Shown: positions 35,025 to 44,506, counted from the stretch's first letter. The stretch: 64,000 bases of DNA from Candidatus Altiarchaeota archaeon (GCA_043813075.1 JBDRLL010000010.1:64001-128000), one strand, 5' to 3'. Notes: a model not told the origin generated them from the letters alone. Made by a program: numbers and translations.

Positions 35025-35072
35025 GCGGGGTCGAAGACCCCGCCATTCGCTCCGCGTGTGAACGGAGCGAGC
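35025..35072. repeat. tRNA-downstream two-hairpin element, copy 2
   Basis: GCGGGGTC-GAA-GACCCCGC followed by ATTCGCTCCGCGTGTGAACGGAGCGAGC. Same architecture as 1088-1135. Confidence 0.8.
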
Positions 35073-35079
35073 AGTTCAA

Positions 35080-35099
35080 TGGTCCCGTCGAGATTTGAA
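35080..35099 (-). repeat. 20-bp duplication of the tRNA-Ile 3' end (att-like)
   Basis: TGGTCCCGTCGAGATTTGAA is identical to 35311-35330. Confidence 0.9.
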
Positions 35100-35310
35100 T
35101 ATCAGAACCTACGGTTCCGATACCTCCCTGCCGACTTGCTGACGCAAGTCGGAGGCTTCGCTTGGTTCAGTTATTTCGTCAACATCATGCTGTAACCAAC
35201 CGACTCCAGTTCTTCTTTCTTTTAGTAAACGTTTCCAAATCCCCTTCGGGGATGGGCGCCAGAAAGCTCTGCTTTCTATGGGTCTTTCTTTCGTAAAGAA
35301 AGAAAAGGTT
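35100..35310. other. Hairpin-dense non-coding insert between tRNA-Ile and its duplicated 3' end
   Basis: Hairpins TATCAGAACC-TAC-GGTTCCGATA, CCGACTTGC-TGAC-GCAAGTCGG, ATCCCC-TTC-GGGGAT, AGAAAGC-TCT-GCTTTCT and TCTTTCTTT-CGT-AAAGAAAGA. Confidence 0.7.
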
Positions 35311-35385
35311 TGGTCCCGTCGAGATTTGAACTCGAGACCTTCCGATTATCAGTCGGACGCTCTAACCAACCTGAGCCACGGGACC
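35311..35385 (-). tRNA. tRNA-Ile(GAT)
   Basis: Acceptor GGTCCCG/CGGGACC-A, anticodon arm TCCGA-CT-GAT-AA-TCGGA, T-arm TCGAG-TTCAAAT-CTCGA. Confidence 0.97.
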
Positions 35386-35568
35386 GGATTATTCTGTTTG
35401 TCTGGTTTGTTTTTCTTCCCAAGGGGATTATCTTGGTGCATGTGCGTGCGACCGTAAGGTTGCACTCGCGGCACGCGTCAACTGAGTGAGCGGTTGATGG
35501 GATTCTATTATAATGATTATTATTAAAAAAGTGTTTTAACATGGTGTGTCTGGGGTGTTTAAGGTATG

Positions 35569-37239
35569 TTAGTACGGGTTGTTGGGTCGTACAGCCTCCC
35601 AATCTTCGTTTATATCTGCCTTGAGTTTCTCCCGGATTAGTTGGGCTTCCAGCATGGATTCTATGGCCGGGTGTTGGTTTATCACGTTGTGTTCTTCCTC
35701 AGGGTCTGCGTGCAGGTCGTAGAGTTCCTTGTATCTTGACTTGAATACTATGAGCTTCCAGTCTCCCCTGCGGATGTAGTCTCCCTTGTATGATTTACCG
35801 TATATGAATTCCCTGTCGTAGCTGCCGTTTTTTATGAGTGGCGTTAGGCTGGTGCCGGATGCGCCTTCCACCGGTTTGATTCCGAGCATGTCGTATATCG
35901 TCGGCGTCAGGTCCACAAGGGACACTGGATCCTTGATTCTTACCTGCCTTTCCACTCGCGGATGCAGTATCATCAGCGGCACGTGGATGCACGACTTGTA
36001 TGATATCCCGTGCTCGAAGTTCTTCTTGTCTGTCAAAGCCTCACCATGGTTGGAGTAGAAGACTATTATCGTGTTGTTCAGGAATTCGTTGTCAAGCAGG
36101 GTAAACAATGGCTTCAGCTCTGAGTCCACGTAACCCAGCCTGTGGCCGTAGAGTTCTCTGATGGTCTCGCGGTTTGAGTATGTGACGTTCTTTTCTTTAC
36201 CCGGCATCTCCCATACCGTGTAGAGTGCGTCGTTCTCTTCAGTCTTCTCGTATGGCCCGCCTATCACCCTCGTCTGGTATGTTATGGGTATCTCATATGT
36301 TAAGGTCATCCTCCACGGATTCTTGTTCTTCGTTTGTATGAACACGTTGATGAACGGGTCCTCGTATGCTAGGCTGTCGAAGTGCTCCCAGTATCGCATT
36401 GGATAGACGTAGGGGTAGTGCATTTCCATCTCGTGGAATAGTATGAAAAATGGACGGTCCTCCTCTCGGGCGGATCCTATCTTTTCTAATAGGATGCCTA
36501 CTGAATCGTTCATCAGCACATAGCCTTCAACCTCTGTCTGGTCTGTGAATCCCTTCTCCATGTTCGCTTCTTTCCCTGTGCTGTCCCCCTCGTTCACGTT
36601 TATGGTGGAGTATCCCTGTTTGACCAGGACTTCGGCGATGCTCTCGGATGGCGTGTACTCGTCTTTATACGTTAGGTCTGGTATGCCGAATGCCTCCTGG
36701 CTTGTCAGCACCGCCGTATTGCTTGTGTACGTCTGTCCTGCTGGTGCCTGGGCTTGCTCGAAGATTACGCTTTTCTCGAAGAACCTGTCTATGTTTGGCG
36801 TGTGGTTTCCAGCCGGGTTGAGGAGTCCAATGTAGTCTGCGCGGAGTAGGTCGATGTTGATGAAGAGGACGTTGCATCCCCTGCAGGATAGGTCCAGTCC
36901 CTGCCGGTAGTCGTCTGTCCCGTACCCTGATTTTTCAGGGGTCTCGTTGGCGTCGGCCGGTTGAATGTCATGTCCCACGTAATCCTCGGGTTGTCCGTCA
37001 GGCATGCCGTCTATGTCGTTGCATCCCTTGCACCAGAGCAGTCCGTCCCTGTATTCGTTGTCTTCCTCCAGCCAGTATCCGGAACTCTTCTCTTCATTAT
37101 CGCGTGTTTCTCCAGTTTTTACGCCTTCCCCCTGGTGTTGTGTGTCCACGCTTTTCCATGATGTGATGGTGAAGTATGCTCCGATGGTTATGATGTACAT
37201 TATCGCCGCGATTAGGATTATCCTCCCTGTTTTTATCAT
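35569..37239 (-). CDS. Membrane-anchored sulfatase-like (AlkP superfamily) hydrolase/transferase
   Basis: N-terminal TM, NVLFINIDLLRAD, TPNID, H.PY, SNHGE, HVPL.I, DL.PT, ELYDL..DPEE. The nucleophile position is Thr (AGQTYTS). Confidence 0.88.
   Translation of the reverse strand: MIKTGRIILIAAIMYIITIGAYFTITSWKSVDTQHQGEGVKTGETRDNEEKSSGYWLEEDNEYRDGLLWCKGCNDIDGMPDGQPEDYVGHDIQPADANETPEKSGYGTDDYRQGLDLSCRGCNVLFINIDLLRADYIGLLNPAGNHTPNIDRFFEKSVIFEQAQAPAGQTYTSNTAVLTSQEAFGIPDLTYKDEYTPSESIAEVLVKQGYSTINVNEGDSTGKEANMEKGFTDQTEVEGYVLMNDSVGILLEKIGSAREEDRPFFILFHEMEMHYPYVYPMRYWEHFDSLAYEDPFINVFIQTKNKNPWRMTLTYEIPITYQTRVIGGPYEKTEENDALYTVWEMPGKEKNVTYSNRETIRELYGHRLGYVDSELKPLFTLLDNEFLNNTIIVFYSNHGEALTDKKNFEHGISYKSCIHVPLMILHPRVERQVRIKDPVSLVDLTPTIYDMLGIKPVEGASGTSLTPLIKNGSYDREFIYGKSYKGDYIRRGDWKLIVFKSRYKELYDLHADPEEEHNVINQHPAIESMLEAQLIREKLKADINEDWEAVRPNNPY
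36736..36924. repeat. 189-bp near-identical block shared with 38373-38561
   Basis: 5 mismatches in 189 bp by my alignment; the flanking parts of the two paralogues are far more diverged. Confidence 0.9.
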
Positions 37240-38738
37240 GTGCCTATCCCCCCCATCTCTCCCTGACTGATGGAACTCATTTTCTCCCTGCTTAGTTCAG
37301 CGTCCAGTAGTGCTGCTATCTCCTGGTGTTGGGCGATTATGTTGTACTGTTCTTTGGGGTCTGTGCGCATGTTGTACAGTTCTTTTCCTCTTTGGGTTGA
37401 GGTGATTAGCTTCCAGTCTCCGCGGAGGATGTATTCGTCCTTGTAGGACTTCCCGTATATGAATTCCCTGTCGTACTCGTCATCCTTTATCACAGATATC
37501 AAGCTGAAGCTAGAGATGTTGCCCTGGTATATTCCCAGCATTTCATAGATGGTGGGGGCCAAGTCTATGAGGGAGACGGGGCGTTTCACCCTCACCTGCT
37601 CCTTCACTTTCGGGTGTTTTATCATTAACGGCACGTGCACGCAGGACTGGTAGGAGACTCCATGCTGGAACTGCTTGTTGTCTGACAGTGATTCACCGTG
37701 GTTGGCGTACAAGACCACTATCGTGTCGTTGCCGAGTTCATCATCAATGAACTTGAGCAGCGGAGCCAGCTCCCCGTCAGTGTACTCCACCTTGAGGGAG
37801 TAATACCTGAACATTGACTCGCGGTTTCTGTACGTGAAGTTTATCCTGCGGTTGTATTCGTCCTGGAATACCACGTAAAGGATGCTGTCTTCATCGATTT
37901 TCTCTAACGGACCCTCAATCACTTTGCTGGAGTATTCCTTTGGCACGGCGAAGCCAATCCATAGTTTGTCTCTCCTGAATTCGTAGAACGTGCTTATGAA
38001 TTGGTCGTCCATGTCTATTCTTTCTAGATAGTTCCTCGGGAAGTCATAAGGGTGGTGTAGTGTGTCCGGATGGTATAGTGTAAAGAAGGGTTTTCTAGCC
38101 TCGCTCCTGATTTTTTCTATCATCAGCGCCACTGAATCGTTGGGTGGGGCGCGGTCTTCAATCTGCACGTATCCCTCGAACCCGACGTCCATCCTAGTCG
38201 CCCTGCCGGAGTAGTCTCCCTGATTGAGGTTTAGCGTATAGTATCCGCCATCCGCCAGTTTTTCCTGTATTGTGGCAGGCTGGTATTTGTAGGACGGGTC
38301 GAAGTATCTTGTCTCCAAGATATCCACCACTTCGCTAGCAGTCAATACTGCTATATTGCTGCTGTAAGTGTCTCCTGCTGGTGCCTGGGCTTGCTCGAAG
38401 ATTATGCTTTTCTCGAAGAACCTGTCTATGTTTGGCGTGTGGTTTCCAGCCGGGTTGAGGAGTCCCACCTGGTCTGCGCGGAGTAGGTCGATGTTGATGA
38501 AGAGGACGTTGCATCCCCTGCAGGATAGGTCCAGTCCCTGCCGGTAGTCGTCTGTCCCGTAATCAAGATCACCCATCCTCTTGAGGGTATCCTCCTGTGC
38601 GGCGACTACGGGGTTTCCACGGTTTTTTCCAATCGTCCCGGACCCGCCGGTTAGTATGGCTTCTATCGTGAAGTATGCTGCGAGGGTGAGTACGTACATT
38701 ACTGCCGCGATTAGGATGGTCTTCCTCGCCTTTATCAT
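37236..38738 (-). CDS. Membrane-anchored sulfatase-like (AlkP superfamily) protein, tandem paralogue
   Basis: Same motifs as 35569-37239, with AGDTYSS at the nucleophile position. Confidence 0.88.
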   Translation of the reverse strand: MIKARKTILIAAVMYVLTLAAYFTIEAILTGGSGTIGKNRGNPVVAAQEDTLKRMGDLDYGTDDYRQGLDLSCRGCNVLFINIDLLRADQVGLLNPAGNHTPNIDRFFEKSIIFEQAQAPAGDTYSSNIAVLTASEVVDILETRYFDPSYKYQPATIQEKLADGGYYTLNLNQGDYSGRATRMDVGFEGYVQIEDRAPPNDSVALMIEKIRSEARKPFFTLYHPDTLHHPYDFPRNYLERIDMDDQFISTFYEFRRDKLWIGFAVPKEYSSKVIEGPLEKIDEDSILYVVFQDEYNRRINFTYRNRESMFRYYSLKVEYTDGELAPLLKFIDDELGNDTIVVLYANHGESLSDNKQFQHGVSYQSCVHVPLMIKHPKVKEQVRVKRPVSLIDLAPTIYEMLGIYQGNISSFSLISVIKDDEYDREFIYGKSYKDEYILRGDWKLITSTQRGKELYNMRTDPKEQYNIIAQHQEIAALLDAELSREKMSSISQGEMGGIGT

Positions 38739-38747
38739 ATCATATAC

Positions 38748-39302
38748 TTAGCATCGGATTTTTTTAATGAAGTCCTCTATCTCCTGCGAGTCTTTGGGCG
38801 TGAAAAAGTCTATCTCAAAGAGTGTCTTCTCTCCGGGGCAGTAGGCGAATCCGTTCATGGATCTGAATGCTATCAGGTCTTCCGAGCATGCTCCAGCAAC
38901 GTAATTCTGGTTGGCGTAGCCGATGTAGTAGCCGAGTCTCCCCCCGTCGACCTCTTTTTCACGGTACTCTGGCTTGTACTTGGTGGGGCATTCTATGCTC
39001 CTAGTCAGCTGTCCCGGATAGCCGCTTCTCCGCTCATTGAAGACGGACTCGAGCATGAGCAGGCTGTCTGAAACGTATCTGTCCGCATTCTCCTGGCTTA
39101 AGCCCCTGATGACCTTCAAGTCAACCCTCGTGCCGTTGGAATCGTGTCTGAGTACGGTTATGTCCTCTTTCTCATATGTTTTTCTGAACTTGAGGCCCCA
39201 GAAAACATCCTCTTGCGTGTGGCTGGTGTTTTTATCTTTGACGTCCAGGCATCCTGGCGTTAGCATTACCAGGATTACTATGGCGGCAATCAGTTTTTTC
39301 AT
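38748..39302 (-). CDS. Predicted lipoprotein of unknown function
   Basis: MKKLIAAIVILVMLTPGC lipobox; operonic with the AlkP-family genes. Confidence 0.7.
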   Translation of the reverse strand: MKKLIAAIVILVMLTPGCLDVKDKNTSHTQEDVFWGLKFRKTYEKEDITVLRHDSNGTRVDLKVIRGLSQENADRYVSDSLLMLESVFNERRSGYPGQLTRSIECPTKYKPEYREKEVDGGRLGYYIGYANQNYVAGACSEDLIAFRSMNGFAYCPGEKTLFEIDFFTPKDSQEIEDFIKKIRC

Positions 39303-41260
39303 TCTAGTATCCCAGTCAGCACCCTGCCTTGAACGTGGTCAGGGATTTCCAATCCCATGCAGTGCATTATCGTCGGGAACTGGTCCACCATCTCTATCGG
39401 ATCTTCTATCCTGTTGTTCTCCTTCACTCCAGGGCCGGATATTATGAATGGAGTCCACATTGCGGGCGTTTCTCTGGCGTGTATCGCCTGCTTGTATCCT
39501 GTCTTCAGCGGGTTCTCGTCGAACACTTTCCCGTCCTCTGTTATCTCCTCGTTGAACCCGTATCCCGGAGTGTTGGCTATCACCAGGTCGCCGACCCTGT
39601 CTTCCGGGAGGTCTAGGAATTCCCTGACGTCCTCCCACCGGTAGGCCTCTATTATCTGGGAGTCCTCGTCTGACTCGTGCCTCAGGCTGGTTAGTGTGTC
39701 TACGACCTCCTGTCTTAGCTTCTCGTATTCCTCTCCTGAACCCCTCTTCCAGTTGCCTCCGAGGCCTTCGGGGTTGACGTATACGTTGTCCATCTTAAGG
39801 TATATCACTTTAGTGTTCTCCCAGTCTATCACCGGCTCACCTGTCTCAGGGTTTATCGTGTGTTTCAGCCATCCTTTCTCGGCGAACAGGTTGTTCAGCC
39901 TGACCCACCTGTCTAGGGGTGCAGCCCCGTGATCTGAACTTAGGACTATTAGCGTGTCTTCATCAGCGTTCTCCAGAGCCTTGCCCACGATGGTGTCGAG
40001 CTGCTTGTACATGTCCATCACCTCCCCCCAGAGCTCCTCCCTCTCCTCTTCTGTGACGTCGTCGTATCTCCTGCTCTTCGGGTCCACGTACCCCATCCAC
40101 CACCTGCTTGTGAGCATCTGGTTGGGGCTGTATATGTCGTGTATGAAGACATCTGGGTCATAGCGGTTGTATACGGCGTCTACAGCCCTGATGTGCCAGT
40201 CAAAGGACATGTCCATCTCGTCTATGAACGCTTTCCTGTCCTCGTCATAGTAGACTAGCTGTGGCGGGAAGTTGTCGACGAAGTCTACCATGGGCCCGAC
40301 GTCGCTAATCAGCTCGTCTGAAACCTCTGACGGCTCGACGATGTACCTGTTCAGGTTGTTGACTATGCACCTAACCCTGAAGAATCCGTCTTCCTCGAGT
40401 TTGATTACCCCTAGTTTCACGTGTGATTCGACTTCCCTGCCATTCCAGTCTAGTGTGACCGGAATCCAGTCGCTCCACTCGCCCTCCTTTAGAGTTGCCA
40501 CATCATCAGCATTGTTTTTCGAGAACTGCATCGTGTCTCCAGAGACTCGCGCATATATCCTCGCTCCGTGTGCGTCAAGCTGATAGTCCCATCCGTCGGA
40601 TCCTGTCGGCTCCACGAACCTGGTCAGCTCGTATCCCAGGTAGAAGAGTCTCGAGCCCCTGCCCATTGATTCACGACGTCCGAGAGTCTTTCTCTCGAAT
40701 ATGAGGGAATAGTAGTCTGCCCCCCATCCACCCCACCTTCCTCTTATGGTAATCCCATTCCTCTTCAGTTCAGGTGGAGTGGATCCTGGCATGGATAATA
40801 GTACGACGTCCATCCCCTCATCCTCGAGCAGCGACCATATGGCAGGCACCTTCCTTGCTGAAGAGCTGAAGCCCGCTACCGATGGCTTTGCCAGTGGCTG
40901 TCCTTCCACGTGCATTGGGCCGTCGGCCACTCCGTGTTTTTCAGGGTATGTTCCCGTCAGGAGGCTCGCGAAGTTTGTTGGCGTGTGGGATGGGAATGTG
41001 GGTATCGAGTACCCGTATGATCCCCTGTCCATGAGTTTTTTTATGTTCGGCAGCTTACCCTCTTCAGCCCACTCGTATACGTTGAATGTCTCCGGGTCTG
41101 CGCGCATGCCGTCCGGGATGAACCAGTGGAGTTTCACAGTCTTGGCGTCATGTTCCTTTAACGTGGTAGTCACTACAACGTCTTCTGCGGATTGTTTGAT
41201 GCATCCTGAGGCTATCAACAGTATGGCTACTGTTGTTAATAGAAGTCTCTGCATGTCCAT
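39299..41260 (-). CDS. Alkaline phosphatase superfamily lipoprotein (type I phosphodiesterase/NPP-like)
   Basis: IASGC lipobox, IPDGMR, LPNIKKLM..G, PSHTPTNFASLLTG..P..HG, LSSDHG. Confidence 0.88.
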   Translation of the reverse strand: MDMQRLLLTTVAILLIASGCIKQSAEDVVVTTTLKEHDAKTVKLHWFIPDGMRADPETFNVYEWAEEGKLPNIKKLMDRGSYGYSIPTFPSHTPTNFASLLTGTYPEKHGVADGPMHVEGQPLAKPSVAGFSSSARKVPAIWSLLEDEGMDVVLLSMPGSTPPELKRNGITIRGRWGGWGADYYSLIFERKTLGRRESMGRGSRLFYLGYELTRFVEPTGSDGWDYQLDAHGARIYARVSGDTMQFSKNNADDVATLKEGEWSDWIPVTLDWNGREVESHVKLGVIKLEEDGFFRVRCIVNNLNRYIVEPSEVSDELISDVGPMVDFVDNFPPQLVYYDEDRKAFIDEMDMSFDWHIRAVDAVYNRYDPDVFIHDIYSPNQMLTSRWWMGYVDPKSRRYDDVTEEEREELWGEVMDMYKQLDTIVGKALENADEDTLIVLSSDHGAAPLDRWVRLNNLFAEKGWLKHTINPETGEPVIDWENTKVIYLKMDNVYVNPEGLGGNWKRGSGEEYEKLRQEVVDTLTSLRHESDEDSQIIEAYRWEDVREFLDLPEDRVGDLVIANTPGYGFNEEITEDGKVFDENPLKTGYKQAIHARETPAMWTPFIISGPGVKENNRIEDPIEMVDQFPTIMHCMGLEIPDHVQGRVLTGILE

Positions 41261-41295
41261 GGTAATCTACTGAAATAATTGGACGGTCATCGTTT

Positions 41296-41958
41296 TTAAT
41301 CCTCCCTCAGGGATATCCTCTTTGGGTTGAACGTGTTGTCTATTGTTATCCTCCCGTCCTCAAGGCTTATCGGTATGGTCTGGAAGGATTTCGCCCTGCT
41401 TCTCGTAGCCTTGAATGGTTTTAGGAATTCCTCCCTGCTGGGGTAGTATTCGCTTAGCCTGCATGCGAGCAGCCTCTCGTTCAATGCGGCAGCATGCTCC
41501 CCAGTCTTCCTGTATACTCTCGTTATCCTGCCACCGTCCTTCAGGTGTTTTAGCAGTGCGTAGGTGTCTTCAGGGGTGTCGTATATCCGTCGCGTGGGGT
41601 GTTCGTCGAACTTGAAGCCCATGGATATGCGGGGGTTGTCTATGAGTCCTGGAGTGTTGTACGGGTCTGAGAATATCCTCGCTATCACGCTGCTGTAGTT
41701 GGTGTCTTCCATGCTGGCTAAGGCGATTAATTCTTCGCCAGGCCTCTCAAACAGGTTTAGGCTTGTGCTCGAGTGCTGGCTTCCCTCGTCATTCAGTGGG
41801 ACTTGCACTCCCTTCTGGTGTGTGGCAATCAGTATGGTGTGTTCGCCTGTTTTTTCGACGTATGAGTCGTGGACTCCGGTGGCGTGTTCGATGCTTTTCC
41901 TTATCTCTGAAACCCAGTCTCCGGATATGAGACCAAGTGATAGTATGTACTCCATCAC
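41296..41958 (-). CDS. Truncated, catalytically eroded homologue of the class V FBP aldolase/phosphatase
   Basis: Segments D.YV...G....LI.TH.KG, ERP.E, FSDPYNTPGL...P....GFKF, TPED.Y.LL and VYRK.GE.AA follow the FBPA/P order. It is only 220 aa and has no YVGKDDP or GWMRGSH. Confidence 0.6.
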   Translation of the reverse strand: MMEYILSLGLISGDWVSEIRKSIEHATGVHDSYVEKTGEHTILIATHQKGVQVPLNDEGSQHSSTSLNLFERPGEELIALASMEDTNYSSVIARIFSDPYNTPGLIDNPRISMGFKFDEHPTRRIYDTPEDTYALLKHLKDGGRITRVYRKTGEHAAALNERLLACRLSEYYPSREEFLKPFKATRSRAKSFQTIPISLEDGRITIDNTFNPKRISLRED

Positions 41959-41964
41959 AGACCT

Positions 41965-43080
41965 TTATTTCTCCAAGTAATCTTTCACCCTGCTGCCGGT
42001 GCCCCCGGCGTTGAATGCGTTGAAGAACGCTATCGCACTCTCCTTGGTGGCGGAGTCTATCCTCTCGATTGCGTCAGCAGGCAGCGAGTCTATCTCATGC
42101 TTGAATTCCTTGATGCTGTGCTTTATGTTCTTGCCTATGAGCTCTCCCCTGCTGATGTCCGGCTTCTTGGCCTTCGTCTTCTCAGCGTGCTTGCTTGATA
42201 GGGTCCACTCCTCCATCCTCTTCACAAGGCCTTTTGGCATGGTTTCGAGCGCTATGTTCTGCCAGTTAGTGCCCACGTTGCCCTTGAACACGCCTGCTTC
42301 TATCAGGAGGTGCATCAGGTTCAGTGGGGTGCCGGTGATTCCGTGCTGGGCCACGTACACTCCGTGGGGTGCTATGGCGTCTGCTATCGCCTTTGTCCTT
42401 TCCATGTCTATGCCCACCTGTTCCACTATGTTCCCGTCCTTGTCGTAGATGTTGCCGTGTGTCGTGCCGTTGTTGGTGGCCAGGAGGTTTGGGCTGAATC
42501 CCGCGTCTCTTATGGCATTGATGAATGTCTCAGCCTCCTGGACGGTGGTGAGGGCTTGTTTCCCAGTCTTAGGGTCTTTCTTGCCGACTTCACCAACCTC
42601 TACTTCAAGCCCTGCAGTCTCTGGTATGAGCCCCGCAAGCCTTGTGGTTATCTCTATGTTGTCCTTCAGCTGCTCCTTGACAGTGGATGCTTCGATGTTG
42701 AAGTTGTGGCTTGCGTCTATGGCGAATGACGTGAAGCCTGCTGCTATCTCGTCTTTTATCAGCTGTTCGCCAGCCCCCACAGACTCTGGGGTGTTCTCTT
42801 TGATGGTGATGTGGTCGCCGTGTATGGCGTAGGGGATGTCGAACTCCAGTTCTTCAGCAGTCTTGACTATCATGTCAACGAACATTTTCGGGGTCTGGGC
42901 GGTGTATCCTATCTCGCTTTTGGCTATCTCGAACATTACTGTCGCGTCAAGCTCTTTGGCGGCCATCATTATCCCGCGCGTGGAGTGTATCACCCTGATG
43001 TTCGCCGCCATTACAATGCATTTCTCGCCCGCTAGGGCGTTAACCAGGTCCTGGCCTTGAACGGGTTTTGCGTAGTCCAT
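41965..43080 (-). CDS. fba: Class II (Zn-dependent) fructose-bisphosphate aldolase family protein
   Basis: IHGDH, GFTSFAIDASH, LEVEVGEVG, NGTTHG, AQHGITG, K.NVGT. Confidence 0.88.
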   Translation of the reverse strand: MDYAKPVQGQDLVNALAGEKCIVMAANIRVIHSTRGIMMAAKELDATVMFEIAKSEIGYTAQTPKMFVDMIVKTAEELEFDIPYAIHGDHITIKENTPESVGAGEQLIKDEIAAGFTSFAIDASHNFNIEASTVKEQLKDNIEITTRLAGLIPETAGLEVEVGEVGKKDPKTGKQALTTVQEAETFINAIRDAGFSPNLLATNNGTTHGNIYDKDGNIVEQVGIDMERTKAIADAIAPHGVYVAQHGITGTPLNLMHLLIEAGVFKGNVGTNWQNIALETMPKGLVKRMEEWTLSSKHAEKTKAKKPDISRGELIGKNIKHSIKEFKHEIDSLPADAIERIDSATKESAIAFFNAFNAGGTGSRVKDYLEK

Positions 43081-43140
43081 GAGAATACATTATGAGTTAT
43101 GTTTTAAAACCAGATGCCAATTATATGTTCTTAAAGCTAA

Positions 43141-44475
43141 TTGTTTGTAAGGATGCGTTTGTATAGGATAGCGGTAATGGTGTTGTTTGCCTACCTGGTT
43201 CTCGTATACTCCGCCTACATATCGTTTCCAAGTATTCCTGCGAACGCGTCTTCCGCGCGCGAGGATGTCACTGATGCCGCGCCTGTTCACGGCCCCGCCT
43301 CTATTGAAGGGGGGTTCTACGGGTACAACATCCTTCTCATAATCGTGGACACGCTCAGGGCCGACCGTCTTGGAGTCTATGGCTATGATAAGAACATCAC
43401 TCCGAATATGGACCTGCTTGCCGCATCGTCGTCAGTGTTCATGAACGCCCACAGCCATGCTCCCTGGACCAACCCCTCTTTATCATCGATACACACTGCG
43501 CTTCACCCGCTAGAGCATGGTGTGACAAAGTGGAACCATCATATCAGTGATAATCTCACCACACTGGCTGAAGTCCTTAATTCGAGCGGATATCATACTG
43601 AAGCCTATGTGAGCATGAGCCTCCTCAAGGAGAAGTACGGTTACATCCAGGGTTTCGACTACTATGACGACTCCATACTGGACGGCTCCTCCATCTACCA
43701 CACGTCATCCTCCCACACGGTGACCGACAACATAATAGGACGGCTTGGCGGCATGCAGCAGCCATTCTTCATATGGGCCCACTACTTCGACCCCCACTTT
43801 AGGTATCAGAAGCATCCTGAATTCGATTTCGGCGACTCTGCGGTCGAAAGATATGATAGTGAGGTGGCGCACACCGACTACCATATAGGTCTTTTGTTGG
43901 ATGATCTTAAGCGGAGGGGTTTGTATGACAAGACGATAATCGTTGTAATAGCGGATCATGGTGAGGAGTTCAGGGAGCACGGGGGCACGCAGCACAGCAA
44001 TACGCTGTATGAGGAGCTGCTTCACGTGCCGTTGATAATACGTGTGCCCGGATTCGAGCATGAAGTCCACGACGAGTATGTCGCATCGTCGGATGTGGCT
44101 CCCACGCTGTTGGGTTTGCTGGGACTGTCATTTCCGGGGGATGTTCATGGCGTTCCGGTGAAGTATGATGGGGGTGGGTTCCACCCGGAGTCCAGGATAA
44201 TCTTGTCTGAAACCCATCGCAAGGCAAATCTCATAAGCATCCTTGACGGGGGGTATAAGCTTATAGTGGATACGGATACTCGGGGCATGGAATTGTATGA
44301 CCTAGTCCAAGACCCTGGTGAAAAAACCAACCTGGTGGATAAGAACAAGAGGAAGAGGGTGTTCCTAAGGCGTAAGCTGATGCAGTTCTACCGGAACCCG
44401 GGGCTGGAGGTCGAGGAATTCGAGCTGACTGAAAGCCAGCTGGAGACCCTCCGCAAGCTCGGATACGTCGACTAG
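43141..44475 (+). CDS. Membrane-anchored sulfatase-like protein
   Basis: TM, NILLIIVDTLRAD, APWTNPS (Thr nucleophile), HYFDPH, ADHGEEF.EHG, DPGE, LRKLGY. Confidence 0.9.
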   Translation: MFVRMRLYRIAVMVLFAYLVLVYSAYISFPSIPANASSAREDVTDAAPVHGPASIEGGFYGYNILLIIVDTLRADRLGVYGYDKNITPNMDLLAASSSVFMNAHSHAPWTNPSLSSIHTALHPLEHGVTKWNHHISDNLTTLAEVLNSSGYHTEAYVSMSLLKEKYGYIQGFDYYDDSILDGSSIYHTSSSHTVTDNIIGRLGGMQQPFFIWAHYFDPHFRYQKHPEFDFGDSAVERYDSEVAHTDYHIGLLLDDLKRRGLYDKTIIVVIADHGEEFREHGGTQHSNTLYEELLHVPLIIRVPGFEHEVHDEYVASSDVAPTLLGLLGLSFPGDVHGVPVKYDGGGFHPESRIILSETHRKANLISILDGGYKLIVDTDTRGMELYDLVQDPGEKTNLVDKNKRKRVFLRRKLMQFYRNPGLEVEEFELTESQLETLRKLGYVD

Positions 44476-44506
44476 TTTTTTAGCCGGCACTCAATATTCT
44501 ATCAGG

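Noticed and set aside
1082-35330. One 34-kb mobile element bounded by the two shared 28-nt motifs
   Set aside because: The interval contains core ribosomal, translation and transcription genes, and each motif is tied to its own tRNA duplication.
34941-35602. ORFs 34941-35195 and 35276-35602; also a CRISPR interpretation of the hairpin region
   Set aside because: The ORFs overlap tRNA-Ile and the palindromes. There are no regularly spaced identical repeats with spacers and no cas genes.
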